Below are positions 13,618-27,393 of a stretch of DNA of 64,000 nucleotides, in pieces. Source of the stretch: Podarcis bocagei. Its lineage: Eukaryota. Location of the stretch: NCBI GenBank assembly GCA_964188305.1, contig OZ076898.1. One strand, given 5' to 3'. The notes beneath the pieces are model-generated. The model was not told the origin of the DNA. It did no database searches and saw only the letters and a program-made list of their open reading frames with translations. The position numbers were made by a program, and so were the translations under genes. Position 1 is the stretch's first letter. Every line of letters begins with the position of its first letter.

Positions 13618-14384
13618 AGAGAAGTTTCTGCGCTTTGTACTGCTTTAGTCTCTGCTATTATTTGTCTCTCCAGGCTCTTCAGCTGCACATCACTGACCCA
13701 CATAATTGCTCTTCCCCTAGTGTCGTGCCACTCATCCCAACAGCAAGAAGATAAAAGTCCACCAAGCTTTGTGAGAGCTGTGCTGTGAATGAAGTACCTT
13801 CTGAACAGCTTTACACAGAGCAAGGACTTTTCCACATGGAAGCTGGGGTAGTTTGTTCTACACACAGAATTTGATTTTCTTTCTGGCAGAACTTATTTCC
13901 CTTGCGCTTTGAAGTGCACTAACCAGGCACAGATGTCTGCATTCTGTAACTGCGAGGGGAGAAATTTGTACTGGATGTAGAACCCCATGTCCTCATAATT
14001 TTCTTTAAAGTTTCTAGTCCCTAAGGGAGAGACGAAGATATGTGGACAGTGCCTAATAAAAGACGACCGGTGCACGTGGATGGATTTCCTGCCTTGTTCT
14101 CAATCTGGCCATTATCAGAAACAGAATGATACAAAACCAGCACAATCACTAAACTGTTGGGTCTGTATGTGAGAAATGCAAGTTATGCCCTAGTTTGGCC
14201 ATGAAGAAGCTTCAACCCTACCCCACCTCTCTGTGCATCTCAGAGGAAGTGCAGGATACAAATAATGTCACAGAGAAGCATACGCAAGCAAAAAACCCAC
14301 AATAATTCTCTTGAGACCTACCAAAATTTGCTCCTTAGAGAAGCTTACATCCTCTCTCTAGTTCTGGTGGCTGATATACCTGTG

Positions 14385-14640
14385 TTCTTCAGTAAGAAAG
14401 GAGGAGACAGATCGGAACAGGTCCAGGGAAGGGGAAGGAAGATGGGGAATGGGATGGAAAACAAATCCTATGAGGAAAGGTGAAAGTGGGCATATTTCGT
14501 CTTGATATCACTCTTCAAGTATGGATGGAGGCAAACACTTGTTTCTCTGCTGCTTTAGAGGTCCAGACTAGATCTGGTGGGTTTGAGTTACAGGATGGCA
14601 ATTTCACTCAAGCATTAGCGGAAATGGTAAGAGCCGCTTG
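14385..14640 (+). mobile_element. Decayed CR1 LINE RT fragment
   Basis: Translation resembles the CR1 motif LERVQRRATKM..GLE.K.YEERL. Confidence 0.6.
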
Positions 14641-14720
14641 ACTAATAGTAATAAAATAATAATAATAATAATAATACCTTTTACATACTGCTCAAAATAT
14701 AAAAATATCTCTAAGGTGTA

Positions 14721-14960
14721 CACTGGAACCTCGGGTTACGTACCGCCCTCCTTATGAATGCTTCAGGTAACGAGCTCTGCTAACCCGGAAGTAGATGATC
14801 CTGGTTACAAACTTTGCCCCAGGATGCGCGCGGAAATCACATGCCAGCAGCACGGCAGCAGTGGGAGGCCCCATTAGCGAAAGCGTGCCTCATTTTAAGA
14901 ACAGTTTCGGGTTAAGAACAGATTAAGTTATGAATTAAGTTCGTAACCGGAGGTACCACT
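14721..14960. mobile_element. Older Tc1/mariner MITE copy
   Basis: Diverged TIRs cactggaacctcgggtta/taaccggaggtaccact; interior related to the copies above. Confidence 0.7.
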
Positions 14961-15939
14961 TATCAAACTCTTGGATTATCCAGGGCAGACAAAGGAAATA
15001 CCTCTCTCTGCATACAATGCACACCCAAGTCACAGAGTTCAGTGCCACAACTTGCCTTTAAAAGGGTGTGAGGACAGGCAGAAGGAGGGGAGCTTCATTT
15101 AACTGAGCCGTCATTGGCATGACATGTGGGCGAACGCCATTGCCTCCATGACCTGCCTGTGGGCTTCTTGGAAGCATCTTAGTCACTTGGGCCTGATCCC
15201 ACAGGGATCTTCTTAAGTTACAATAACCTAACCAGTAAAGCAACTAATTTACAACTAAAGAGTGCATTTACACTGTCTGGCAGGGTAGAATTCTTTCCGG
15301 AGTTGCTTTTTTCTGTTTCACTTCTCCTTCGCCTACATTGCTCAACTCGCCTGCCTGACCACACTGCTACCCGTGCCCTAGAAATGTAAATGTAGTTAAC
15401 AATCCAGAAGTGGTCTGCAAGCTGCTTGCAGGCCATGCACCTCTCTGCCTGTTTAGAGATAACAAGGTGCCCAGAACCAAGTGCTGGTACCAAATTACTA
15501 GGCAGAGCAGTTTGTATTTGCTTCTTATTTGTTTAGAGTAAATATTCATAAAGTGAGTGAACTGCAGGTTTAAAAAGTGTGAAAACAGTACACACAATCA
15601 ACCAGGGGGGCACAAGTGGGTGGTCTCTCAGCAAAACCCCCGATGGTGTTCCTGGAGCAATAACTTACCGGCCTCTGACATCCAGTCATAGCAACATCAT
15701 AATATATTGTTACTGGCCACTCCAATCTCTGCCAAGTGATCCATGAGATGCCAGGGGTCTTGGTGTTAACCAGGGTTTTTGTTCCTTTGGAGTGAGGCAC
15801 GGCAGAGATTGTAGCGTCGTTCAGAAATATGGTTTATTTACACATATTTACACTTGGGTTTTGATGGAGGAAGTGCAGAACATTACACCCCAAGAGTGTC
15901 TCTCGTTTATTGGGAACCAGGGAGAGGGCCTTCTCGGTA

Positions 15940-16137
15940 GTGGCGCCTGCCCTGTGGAATGCCCTCCTGTCAGATGTCAAAGAAATAATTATACAACCTT
16001 CCATAGACATCTGAAGGCAGCCCTGTTTCGGGAAGCTTTCAATGTCTGATGTGTCGTGTGTTCTTTTATATTCTGTTGGAAGTCACCCACAGCGGCTGGG
16101 CCAACCCAGTCAGGTGGGCCGGGTACAAGTAATAAAT
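15940..16137 (+). mobile_element. L2-type LINE 3' end
   Basis: LWNALP...F.RHLK..LF..AF-like C-terminus followed by a 3'UTR ending in aataaa. Confidence 0.6.
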
Positions 16138-16942
16138 TGTTGTTGTAGATGCTCCCCTCATAACTTCAACAAGCTTGGGTCAAAAGCAGACAGCCTCTCC
16201 CGGCCAGCCTCACATGGAGTTCTCCTCCTGCCCTCTCGCCTTTTCAAACCTTGTTTTAAAAATGCCACATTTCCCCCCCTCTAGCCTATGACTCCACCCA
16301 CTGCCCACTAGGAACTCCCCCTCCCAGCTTACATCATCAAATACCGAAATTCTGAACCTGGCGTTTGTTTCTGCTCACCACCCCCTCATGGGAGGAGGAG
16401 CTCACACTCCTCTGCTGCCTGGCACAGGGTAACTGTGCCAATTGCCCATTACCTTCCTTTGTACTACATGGTGGTTCTTCTCCCAGGTGGTTCCTGGCCA
16501 GGAAACTGAGTCAGCCTGCAGTATTACACTGATAAGCTGTCTCGCACCCAGGTGAAGACTTCAAGGATTTAGTTATCTACATTTACTAACTGCAGAAATT
16601 ATTGTGGGGTAGGGGAGGAATCTGGTATCCAAGTCTTTTAGAGGAATCTGTCCCATCACTCACAACCATATGACCCATGATGTCACAATTTATAATACTG
16701 GAACTCAGGAAAGTATTTATTCGTTTCTCCTCAGACTCAATAGCTGTATTCAGACAATCCTCCAAACTATTCTCCTGTCTGAAACCCTAGAAAGCTGCTG
16801 TCACTCTGCCAATAATGCTGAGCTAAATGAACCGATAGTCTGACTCAGTACAAGGCAACGTCCTCTGTTCCTATCCTGAATCTAGCCACTATCTGACAGT
16901 GGGTCACAAAGATTATTCATGTTGGCTTAACATGCCAAATTT

Positions 16943-16945
<3 letters not shown>

Positions 16946-16979
<34 letters not shown>
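16946..16979. repeat. (GT)n microsatellite
   Basis: Read directly. Confidence 0.97.
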
Positions 16980-16982
<3 letters not shown>

Positions 16983-17101
16983 TTTCCTCCTTTTCTCTTT
17001 GACAAGACTCAAGGCAGCTTACAGATAAAAATGAGACCCACTAAAACATAGAAAAGACAACAATTTAAAAACCAGTAATTTTTTTTAAAAAATAAACAAT
17101 A

Positions 17102-17343
17102 CAGTGGTACCTCGGGTTAAGTACTTAATTCATTCCGGAGGTCCGTTCTTAACCTGAAACTGTTCTTAACCTGAAGCACCACTTTAGCTAATGGGGCCTC
17201 CTGCTGCCGCCGTGCCGCCGGAGCACAATTTCTGTTCTCATCCTGAAGCAAAGTTCTTAACCTGAAGCACTATTTCTGGGTTAGCGGAGTCTGTAACCTG
17301 AAGCGTATGTAACCTGAAGCATATGTAACCTGAGGTCCCACTG
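17102..17343. mobile_element. Tc1/mariner (pogo/Tigger-like) MITE
   Basis: TIR CAGTGGTACCTC...CACTG with TA TSD; 242 bp; inverted relative to 56181-56422. Confidence 0.88.
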
Positions 17344-18570
17344 TAATGTTATTTTAAAAATATGTTAGTTTTTTTTTAAATTGTGGGTTGTTAATTCACC
17401 TTGTAAGATCACCTTCCCATTTTGTGTCTAATCAGCTAGTAAGCATACATAGCCAAAATCTCACAGGCCCCAATGAAAGCTGGCAAAAGAACCAAGGCAG
17501 AATTGTGGGTCTACGAAAGCAAACAGGAGCAGCCAGATGGTGGAATGCACTCCCAAGAATTTGCCTTGAGAAAGCAACACAAATTTCTAGTACTCACAGC
17601 AGGAGCGAAACATTATTATTATTTATTAAATTTGTACACTGCCCTTCATCCAAAGATCACAGGGTGGTTCACAACATAAAAAAACAAAAAGAGAACACAA
17701 AATACATAAAAGCAAAACAGTTAGGAGTGACCCTAAAATAGTTCAAAGTCAGACAGCTGGAAGATCAATTCTGGTCTTACAGTTCTGTACCTTTGCCTGC
17801 CCCAAGACATGCATATTTCCCAATGACCATCAAATCTCTTCTGTCTCACCTGTCCAATCCCAAGGGGCCAGCCCTACTTTCATGCCTCCTCTAATTTTAA
17901 ACAAGGCCTTACCACTGCAAGATATAATAATAAAAAGAGGAACTTGGCATATGCACAGAGCACCTTTGCTTTGCTACAAGTATCCACAACAAAACCACAG
18001 GGGTGGCTTCTACGCATTAGGCCTGGAGGAGTGAGGCAGAAAGCAGGAACAGGCCACACTCCAATTTCTCTTCCTCCTACTCCTCACCTTGAAAACTCAA
18101 GCACCAGAACAACAGGCTTCGTGGCAAAGCCAGAGCTGATAGGCAAAGGGTCCCACTCCTGCATCCAGGATGAGAACCAAGCTAGAAAGTAAAGAAGTAA
18201 AAAAAAGAAAGAAAATCCAGGTGTTTATACAGGCAGAGGAGCTTGCTTGGATGAAAGAGCAAGTGGCCAAAGTATAGCCTCCCCCGCCCCACCCAAAATT
18301 GCTTCAGAAGCAAAGATTTCACAAGGAACAAGCTTAAGCTTCCTGTAGCTCTGAAAAGCTGAAAAATCACACAATATTCCCTTTGCTGGAGCCTACCATT
18401 CCATCTCCAACAATAGTCAGCCATGTGTCCCAGGACAAGTGTCCCCTGTTGCTCATCCACAGCATCTAATTAACAAAAGGTTTGTTATCTCTGCCAAGGG
18501 AGGTTCCATCATCATTATTGGCCAGCAATCGCTGACCGGTTTTTCAGTGAATGTACGAAGAACTTTAAAG

Positions 18571-18706
18571 CAGGCTTCCTCAACCTCAGCCCTCCAGATG
18601 TTTTTGACCTACAACTCCCATGATCCCTAGCTAGCAGGACCAGTGGTCAGGGATGATGGGAATTGTAGTCTCAAAACATCTGGAGGACCGAGGTTGAGGA
18701 AGCCTG
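18571..18706. mobile_element. Palindromic hAT-type MITE
   Basis: CAGGCTTCCTCAACCT...AGGTTGAGGAAGCCTG; nearly identical to 35825-35960. Confidence 0.85.
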
Positions 18707-20092
18707 CTCTAAAAGATCAAACCACAGGCCTACCTAGCTCAGCATCCTCTCTCTCTCTCTCACCATGGCCACTCGCAGGCTTATGGGAAGCCCAAAGCAG
18801 GACACAGGTATCTTTTCACTCTCCTGCTTGCGTTCCCCAGCACCTGGCATTCAGAGGCACACAAATCCTGATCCTGAAGCCAGTGCAGCCACCCTTTGAC
18901 AGCTTTATCCTTTCTTCAAGCTGCCTGGCTCATTGGCCACATCTTCTGGAAACAAATTCTGTTGTTTGCATTGTGCAAAAGCAGCGTTGGAAACTCAAAT
19001 GTATAAGTTTGGTACCAAATGGCACCTTAAACCTCGCATAGTCGGACTGTCTATTTGCCGGGGGTTGGACTAGATGACCCTCAGGCTCCCTTCCAATGCT
19101 ACACTTCTATGACCTCAACTACCTTGCTTGACTGTAGCTTGCTCTTACAACAATTCACTTGGCCCAGTATACAAGAAAGAGAAACACACAAAGTGGAAAT
19201 GGAACTGGTATTAACCATGGACCAAGGCAGAGGTTTTAAACTGTGGTCGCCAACCTGGCCCCCAGAAATCTCCACGTAGTCGCAATTGGATACATCCCAG
19301 TAGCAAAACGTGCCTGGGAAATTTTGAACACTATGCTAAAGCCACCAAAAAGCAGACCGCCAGCACATTTTGTAATGAACATATAGCAGAAAACAGTATT
19401 TCTTTGTTGCTCTCAACCAACTCCCAATCAATTTCTGTCAATTACTTTTCTAGTATTTCAGAGAAAAGAGTATAATTTATCTTTCTTCTCCCTCAACACC
19501 ATTCATAATTTTCTAACCTCTAACAGGTGCTCCCCCCCCCCAGCAATCCTGGAATTCATTAATATTCTGTATTCTTTTTAAAATGTGCTGGGGGGTGTCA
19601 TTGGGTTGTTGTTTTTATTTTATTTATATATTTTATTTTATTTATATATTTTGTGGTTTTATATTTTGATTTTGTTCTGTGAACCGCCCTGAGAACTCTG
19701 AGTATCGGGCAGTATATAAATTCAACAAACAAAGATAAAAATAATAAAGCCCCACTACCAATTTGCTGGAAGTCGGCAGGTGCTAATCCTTCTATTTTAA
19801 CCAAGAACCACTGAATCAATTCCTTCCCAACAACTTGGCAGCGACATAACTCATCTTGCATTCACAGGGCCAGCCTCACTCCAGAGATGCCAGAGAGCAC
19901 TCCCTCTCCCACTCACTCTTGCAGGACACGCCTGTCCCGTGAGCTGATCTTGGGTGGTTTGAAATGAAAGGGCAGTAACAAAATCTAACAGCCCGGAAAG
20001 AGGAAAGGGCACATGGGTTGCTGCCACACAGCCTCCTGGCTGGCCTCCACCACCTCCCAGCCATGTTCGCCTACAGACAAGCAGCCACTCAC

Positions 20093-20186
20093 CTGGGCAC
20101 AACGATCTCGGTGTCCCTTCTTCCGCAGATCTTCCGGGCAACTTTCTCTTGGTCACACTTTTATGAGCCCCAGGTGAGTGGAGGCT
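20093..20186 (-). other. EPN1: Candidate non-coding 5'UTR cassette exon of EPN1
   Basis: Minus strand: branch-like gctgac, then tccttcgcccgcctag| acceptor and CAG|gtgagt donor; 94 nt with no ATG. Motif evidence only. Confidence 0.45.
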
Positions 20187-20199
20187 CTAGGCGGGCGAA

Positions 20200-21250
20200 G
20201 GAGTCAGCAGCAATATAACCACCAAGAGCCTCAGGGTCCAGAGAAGGTGCTTCCGCCTCCCCACTTCCCCCAGCCAGGGGGCATCGCCAGGGGTCTCCTT
20301 TGGAAAACGGGGGGATCTTGACAAGTTGGGGGGTTGCAAGGGCCGCCGGTGGAAGGAGCTTGCCAGAACACCGGGGGGGGGGTGTGATTCAGGAGTGGGG
20401 CTTTCCCGGGGAACGAGGCCAAGAGGGGTTTCCAACAGCGATCGTGAGGCGGGGGCCACTTGGATCGGGTAGGGGGCTGGGTTCAAAGGTCACACAGGCA
20501 GGAAGGTCAGAGATCACTCCGAGGCCGGCGGGTCAGAGTTCAGAGCAGCTTCCTTGGGCAAAGGCTACCTGGGGTGAGGCGTCACGCTGGATTCCGGGTC
20601 AGGCGGGCAGCGGGGACGGAGGGAGCGGGGAGAGGCGACGGCTCCGTCCCTTCGGAGAAACCTCGGCCTGGCCCAGCCTGAGGGAGGACTCCGCCCCGGG
20701 CTCCCTCGTCTCCCTGGCAATGCCCAGAGATCAAGGGGGACCGCTCTACCCCAGCCCCTCTCTATGGCCCTCGCGGGGGCTCCGGGCCTCTCCCGGCGGA
20801 CAGGGTAGAAGCGGCAGCAGTGGCAGTGGCGGCGGCGGCGGCGGCGGCGCCGGGAGGACTCTCCGCAAAACGGAAGCGGAAGCTCACCTCCCGCAACTTC
20901 CGCCTCCAGCGCTCGCCCACTTCCGCCCGCACCCTTCTTCTGCTACCGCTTCTATGACCGCTACTTCCGGCATCATAGAGATAATTGAGATGGAACTGAT
21001 GTGAGACCAAGGGTGGTCTATGGGAGGGGTGTCGAGACGCACGGAGGCCGCCGAGATAGGGAAAGTGTGCGTTTCACGCAGCCTTGACTTCCGGTTTTTT
21101 TCGCTGGCGGCTTGGCAGAAGCGGGGTGTATCATAGGAAAGTACGCGGGTCTCTCCGGCGCTCCTTCATCCTAGCGTTGCTTTTCGTCTCGCACGTTCAC
21201 TAGCTCCCCTGAAGTGATCTTTAAAATGGGATAGAGCTTGTGCCGGCATG
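20200..21250 (-). promoter_or_regulatory. EPN1: EPN1 CpG-island promoter with probable non-coding exon 1 (about 20970 to 20888)
   Basis: High GC/CpG; several ETS cores (cggaagcggaag 20871; acttccg near 20896, 20919, 20964, 21087); donor GAG|gtgagc at 20887; (GGC)7 at 20828-20848. Confidence 0.8.
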
Positions 21251-23537
21251 TCAGTCAGAGATCGACCGTAGATATTTTGAGAATCGGGAATTGGAAATTG
21301 CTATGTGCTGCCTATGCGGAACCACAAGACCAGCCCAGAAGTTTAGACGTAAAAGAGTCCTGCAACACCCTATTTATTTCCTTATGTTTATTGTCGCAGC
21401 AGGTTTTCATGAATATATATATATAATAAATACGCACAAACATTATTTAACACATGAAATAAGATCCCAGTTAGAACGAGCAAGAACTCCCGTCTTGACC
21501 GCTGCCTCACTTCTGCCCAGTATGAACTCTAAAATCTAGAATATCTGCATTACTTTGTACGGGCAGCTCTCAGTTTCGTCCCAGGAGTGAATAACGGAAA
21601 TTAAATCAATGAGCTGATGGCAGGGCACCAGGTTGGCGAAGGGGCGCCTCCGCCGAAGCGAGACTTGCTGAATTCGACGGATTTAACTCCCAGGTGTGTA
21701 TAGGATTGGTCCCTATGCCTTGCATTGGAGAGCAAAGGGGAAAACTCAATAACATTGATTGCGCTGTTAGGGAATGTCACGAACAGCGGCGGCGTTGGTG
21801 GCTTTTCACTTTGTCTAGTTCTATAACGCCGACATCCCTTCGCGGGCGCACCCTCGGGAGTCGACCAATCGGAGCTGGCATAGATGTGCAGAGAAATAAC
21901 AGTGCCAACGGGGATCGCAGTCCCGTTTCTTTTGCACAGGTTTACGCGGCCACAGAGGCTGAACAGCGGACCCCCCTTAGAGTTACACCCGTCGCTTGCA
22001 TACTTTACACTGAAATAATTGGCGCTTAAAAGTTCTAGATGCTACCTTTAGCAACGTGTAAAATACAATGAAATCAGAATGCTTCCTGTGTTCTGCAGAT
22101 GCTTTTTTGGGAGTATAGGCAGTATTTACGGTTTGCTTTCTGCATAGGACGCCGCCACCCCACCGCTCCAAACATGTAATAGAATATTAAGAGTTGGAAA
22201 GGACCGTGAGTCATCTAGTCCAACTCCCTGCGATGCAGGAATCCTGCCCACGGCCATCCCTGGGTGGTCTTGAACCACCAACCTTCTGGTTAACAGCCAG
22301 ACACACTTTCTTTTATTTAATAGCCCTCTCCTCCCAGAATTGTGGGAACTGGAGTTCAATGAGTTGCTGTTAGCTAGAGAAATCAGGGACAATGGTCCTC
22401 GTTCTTTCTGAAATTCTCAACATAAGTTCAGTTTCTGTGTTTCTCTAGAAAAATAGAATGAAAGCTACAGCATCTTAAATCCGCACAGCAACTGTCGTCC
22501 CGTCCCCCCAACAAATCAACACAACATAGCAATAGGGCCAACCAAAATGTCAGAAAAGTCAGAAGTGGATTGTTGCAATTGGTTTGGTTTGGAAACTGCC
22601 ACAAAGCTGTTAAAGAGGTGCCCTGCCATCAGCAAACACCTGTATTGAAAAAGCTGCCAGCCAAATTTAAGGTCTTGCTGTTGACATACAAAGCTTACAG
22701 CCAAGTTATACAAGCTATGAGCACCTTACCTTGTATACTCCCACCTGGTGACTTTGATCGCCAGAAGAAACAGTGCTGGATGCTCCTGGATTGGTCTTAT
22801 GTCTACTAAGACCAGAGGCTTTAGCACAGCAGCTACCTGTCCTTTAGAATGTGCTTCCAATTAATATCAGGCAGGCACAGATAATACTGGCATTTAGCAA
22901 CCTGCCACTCACCTGTTTGCACAGGCCCTGCCTAAAGGTAGATTCAGCTGTGCTGATGAACCAGATCTACTGATTTGTAATAAATTTTACATCTGTTTAT
23001 TGTTGATTTTGTGTTTTTAAACATTACTTTTTCTCTTGATGTTGGTGTTGTAATTTGTCTTGCAAATAAATAAGAACCTGTCATTAATAACAAGTCTTTG
23101 AAATGAAGGAGTTATGTAGAAACAATGACATTAGTCTCACTACAGGCAAAACAGATTGCTTTTTTGACCTATAAAGCATGTGTGAATCCTGCAATCACCA
23201 GTTTATAGAATGAATGAATTAATAATTGAAAGTGTAAACTCCAGTAGAAGTAGTTACTACTCCCTAACCAGGACACCCAGGTCCTTGCAGCAGAAGGCAA
23301 ACATACAAAGAAATAATGTTAGGTGGTGCACTAGACAAGGCCCCACCTTTAAATGGCAGGCTCACAGCCCCTCATGCTTTTGCATAGACAAGACCACAAA
23401 CCACCCGGCCCATGCTTGGTTACCAATGTGATATGAGTTGCCTCAGTTTCATCCCAAAAGTTGTACACGTTCGACACTCTGAGCACTCTGAAACAAGAAT
23501 CAGAGCAGCCCTGAAACACCTGAACTTAAAGCTTGTG

Positions 23538-23543
23538 TTTATT
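23538..23543 (-). terminator. U2AF2: Candidate U2AF2 polyadenylation signal AATAAA
   Basis: First AATAAA I found on the minus strand after the stop codon, followed by GT/T-rich sequence; implies a ~2.2-kb 3'UTR. ATTAAA alternatives lie closer to the stop. Confidence 0.4.
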
Positions 23544-24095
23544 GGTACTAATATATACAGGCATCCTCCCACTAACATGGCATCGGCGTGCAACTGCATA
23601 TACGCTAGATGCCAGGAAATAAATCGATTCAAACCTAGAAATGAGAGAGCTGGAGAGTACTGTGACTCACAAGGAGCCTGAAGGGGACATCAGTGAGGAT
23701 GGAGGAAGCCCCAGATAGACTGGAGGTGCAGCGGAGCTGTTTATGCTGCTCAACCTTCCCGCCTAACAACTGATGTGCAGGGTAACACTTCAGCCTGCTG
23801 CTGGCTTTAGTTCTAGCTGTGGGTGTTTTTGGATACAGTATTTTTTGTATGGATTGAAGAGAGTGTATCAGAGGTGTTTAAAGGGTTTTCCTCACTTTAT
23901 AGGATTTCAGAAATGGGTGTGGGAGCCCAGAATATAACTCTTGCCTAAGGGGTGGGGTGGGGAAGACACACACCTGTATTTCTTCAGACTGCTAGTGTTG
24001 AACTTTTTGGTTTGTTTGGTTTTTTTTAAAAAAAATATGTACATGTTGAGAAAGTGTCCAACATCTCAGCATCTCTCAAAAGCAATTTTTTAAAT

Positions 24096-24325
24096 CAAAC
24101 GCATCCATTCTTAAGGAAATCAGCCCTGAGTGGTCACTGGAAGGACAGATCATGAAGCTGAGGCTCCAATACTTTGGCCACCTCATGAGAAGAGAAGACA
24201 GTGTTCTCGAAGCCACAAACATGAGTCTGACCAAACTGCGGGAAGCAGTGGAAGACAGGAGTGCCTGGCATGCTCTGGTCCATGGGGTCACGAAGAGTCA
24301 GACACAACTAAACAGCAACAGCAAT
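24096..24325 (+). mobile_element. BovB (RTE) LINE 3' fragment with internal deletion
   Basis: SILKEISPE.SLEG..MKLRLQYFGHLMRRED|SVLEATNMSLTKLREAVEDRSAWHALVHGVTKSQTQLN followed by a CAA-rich tail. Confidence 0.85.
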
Positions 24326-24807
24326 ATATTTTCCATTAACCACTTTCCCTTTGGATTTTCTTGTGACAGGATAGATAACAGCTACCAGGCTACTTCCTAT
24401 TTGACTAAGTTTCAAGACTTTAGCTGCAGTTCTGCACCCACCTGACACCAAGCCCCACTGATCAAAATACAATTTAATTTTGTAAAATCTCTCTAAGCTC
24501 ATTAGCTTTATGTTTCTTTATATAAAGATGCACATCCCTTTCTAATACAATTTTTTAACAAGGTGGCTTACATCACTTAAACTCGATGTTCTTTTAACCG
24601 AGGTGGTTTTGTAATCATAGCCTTCTTGATAATATATACGGGCAGGGCTGCAGGCGCTTTGCTAAAGGAATCAAAATTCAGCAGTGATAGAACTCCAAAT
24701 TCTGCAGCAAGAGAAGCTGTGCTCTGTAACCTGTATAAATTATGTGTGATAAGAGATCATTGCAGTTTTCTGGCAAGAGGAAGCGGTGATCATAAGGACT
24801 AGAAAAA

Positions 24808-24849
24808 GTGTGTGTGTGTGTGTGTACGAGAGAGAGAGAGAGAGAGAGA
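24808..24849. repeat. Compound (GT)n(GA)n microsatellite
   Basis: Read directly. Confidence 0.95.
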
Positions 24850-25790
24850 AGTTGAGTTTTGGGGGAATTATGTACTACTGTGAAATTGACTACATACACA
24901 GCCCTGTATACTGGTATTCCAGCTAGTCAAGGACCCCTAATGACTGAACACCTGCACTTAAAGCAGCAGAGCAGTGAAACAGTTAACATAAGCTACTTCT
25001 TCCATTAGACAAAGGTGAGATTGTATAGGTTATTCATCAGTAGGCAGGCCTAAAGACAAAGATGCCATCTGAGACAGTCAATATTTTACTTTTAAGTAAT
25101 CGTAGATTAGGCCAGTTTCTTAATTACAAAATGCTGCTTTAATTTTTCAGGTAGACACAGATACTAATCTACAATACAGTTGGCTTCCTTAGAAGGAATT
25201 ATCTAAAGTTTAGATTTATCATTTTGCTCTGTCTTTTGTTCCTGGGACTACCCAGCATTAAATCTATACATAAACCAGGCAATTTCCTATGGCCAAGGGC
25301 TGGGTATTCTCACACCCTTGTTAACTTGCAACTGTGGATTAGAAACATAAAGAACAGATGTCCAAATGACACCAGGGAATTGGAAAAAATGTTTAATTAT
25401 GAGAGACAATGCTAGAGAAATAGTCGTCCATACACACAGCGCAGAGGAAAGGAAAATACAACAGAACGGGCCCATCTTGTTTTAGAGCAAAACTCCTCTT
25501 AGGAAAAAATCAGAAACATCACAGAGGGATGGGGATATGGGGGAAAATAGACAACGTTTCTACTACAGAGTAACCATCACTGGGAAACCGAGGGGGGTGG
25601 GGTGGGCCGAGGGAACTGGTGGCAGGGATAGAAAAGGAAGGGATTGGGACAATTGGAAGAGAAAAAAAATACAGGAGATTTTGGCCATAAAATATAAACA
25701 GGCTATGTTGCTAAAGGAGCCTCTCCGGCCAGCGAGCTGCCCCTGCCTCCTTAAAACACCCCACACCCCCATGCCTGGCTCATGGTTGGG

Positions 25791-25925
<135 letters not shown>

Positions 25926-26079
25926 CTACAAGAAGGATTGGGGGGGAAGGGAGAAGAATTAATAGTATGCCTACCCCATTTAAAACTGCATCCATAGGCA
26001 GCTGTGTGGATGGGCAACTGGAGGAGTAAGATCTGGATCCAGAGCCCTGCTGCAAATCCAGCCAGATGGGCGGGGTATA

Positions 26080-26251
26080 NNNNNNNNNNNNNNNNNNNNN
26101 NNNNNNNNNNNNNNNNNNNNNNNNNNNNNNNNNNNNNNNNNNNNNNNNNNNNNNNNNNNNNNNNNNNNNNNNNNNNNNNNNNNNNNNNNNNNNNNNNNNN
26201 NNNNNNNNNNNNNNNNNNNNNNNNNNNNNNNNNNNNNNNNNNNNNNNNNNN
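26080..26251. other. Assembly gap (172 N) in U2AF2 intron 11
   Basis: Run of N. Confidence 1.
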
Positions 26252-26889
26252 CATGAAGAAGGTATCTGAGCCACCAGCTCTGCTGTCACAACACACCTAA
26301 CCTTCAAGGAATGCTTCTCATCTGTGACTAGCCTATTTTCTTGACTAATTATGCTGAAACAACTCAACCCATTCTCTGACAAATTGACCATAGCTTTATA
26401 GTTCTCAACATAATAAGATATTTGCACTGATTGGTTTTACATCAGTCTAGTACCATAGAACTCTGATGTGGCAATAAGATTTTAACAGGGACTTAAGGCA
26501 TCAAACTAGATTTCAAGCTTTTCCACCTCTCCAAGAGTTCTGGCTCCTAAGTCCAACAAAAGTACTTTGCAACCCACCGCCTCTTAAATCCTGCTTTGGA
26601 GAGGGAATACCAGAAGGATCATAAGTGGCAGAGTCAGGGTTGCAGTACTTGGTACCCAAAACCCCCTTTTTTGTTAACTGCCAAGTGGCATTGCTGTGAT
26701 CCAATCCTGATATGCCTTTGTAAAAGTATGTCTTTCTGCTAGAGTTTGAGCTTTCTAGTGGCAAATCATGTTACTTCAGCAATCCATCCAGTACTTTGCC
26801 CTCCCCTTTCTACCTAGTGCTAAGTCAATGTTTAGCAACAGCAGCATTTGATCTGACATGACTTCTGCTTGCTGCTTCCTTTGTTCCTA

Positions 26890-27393
<504 letters not shown>

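Noticed and set aside
15700-15910. Possible LTR fragment
   Set aside because: No second terminus, PBS or TSD could be identified.
20300-21004. 234-aa plus-strand ORF
   Set aside because: Non-ATG start, low complexity, and lies in a stop-poor CpG island antisense to EPN1.
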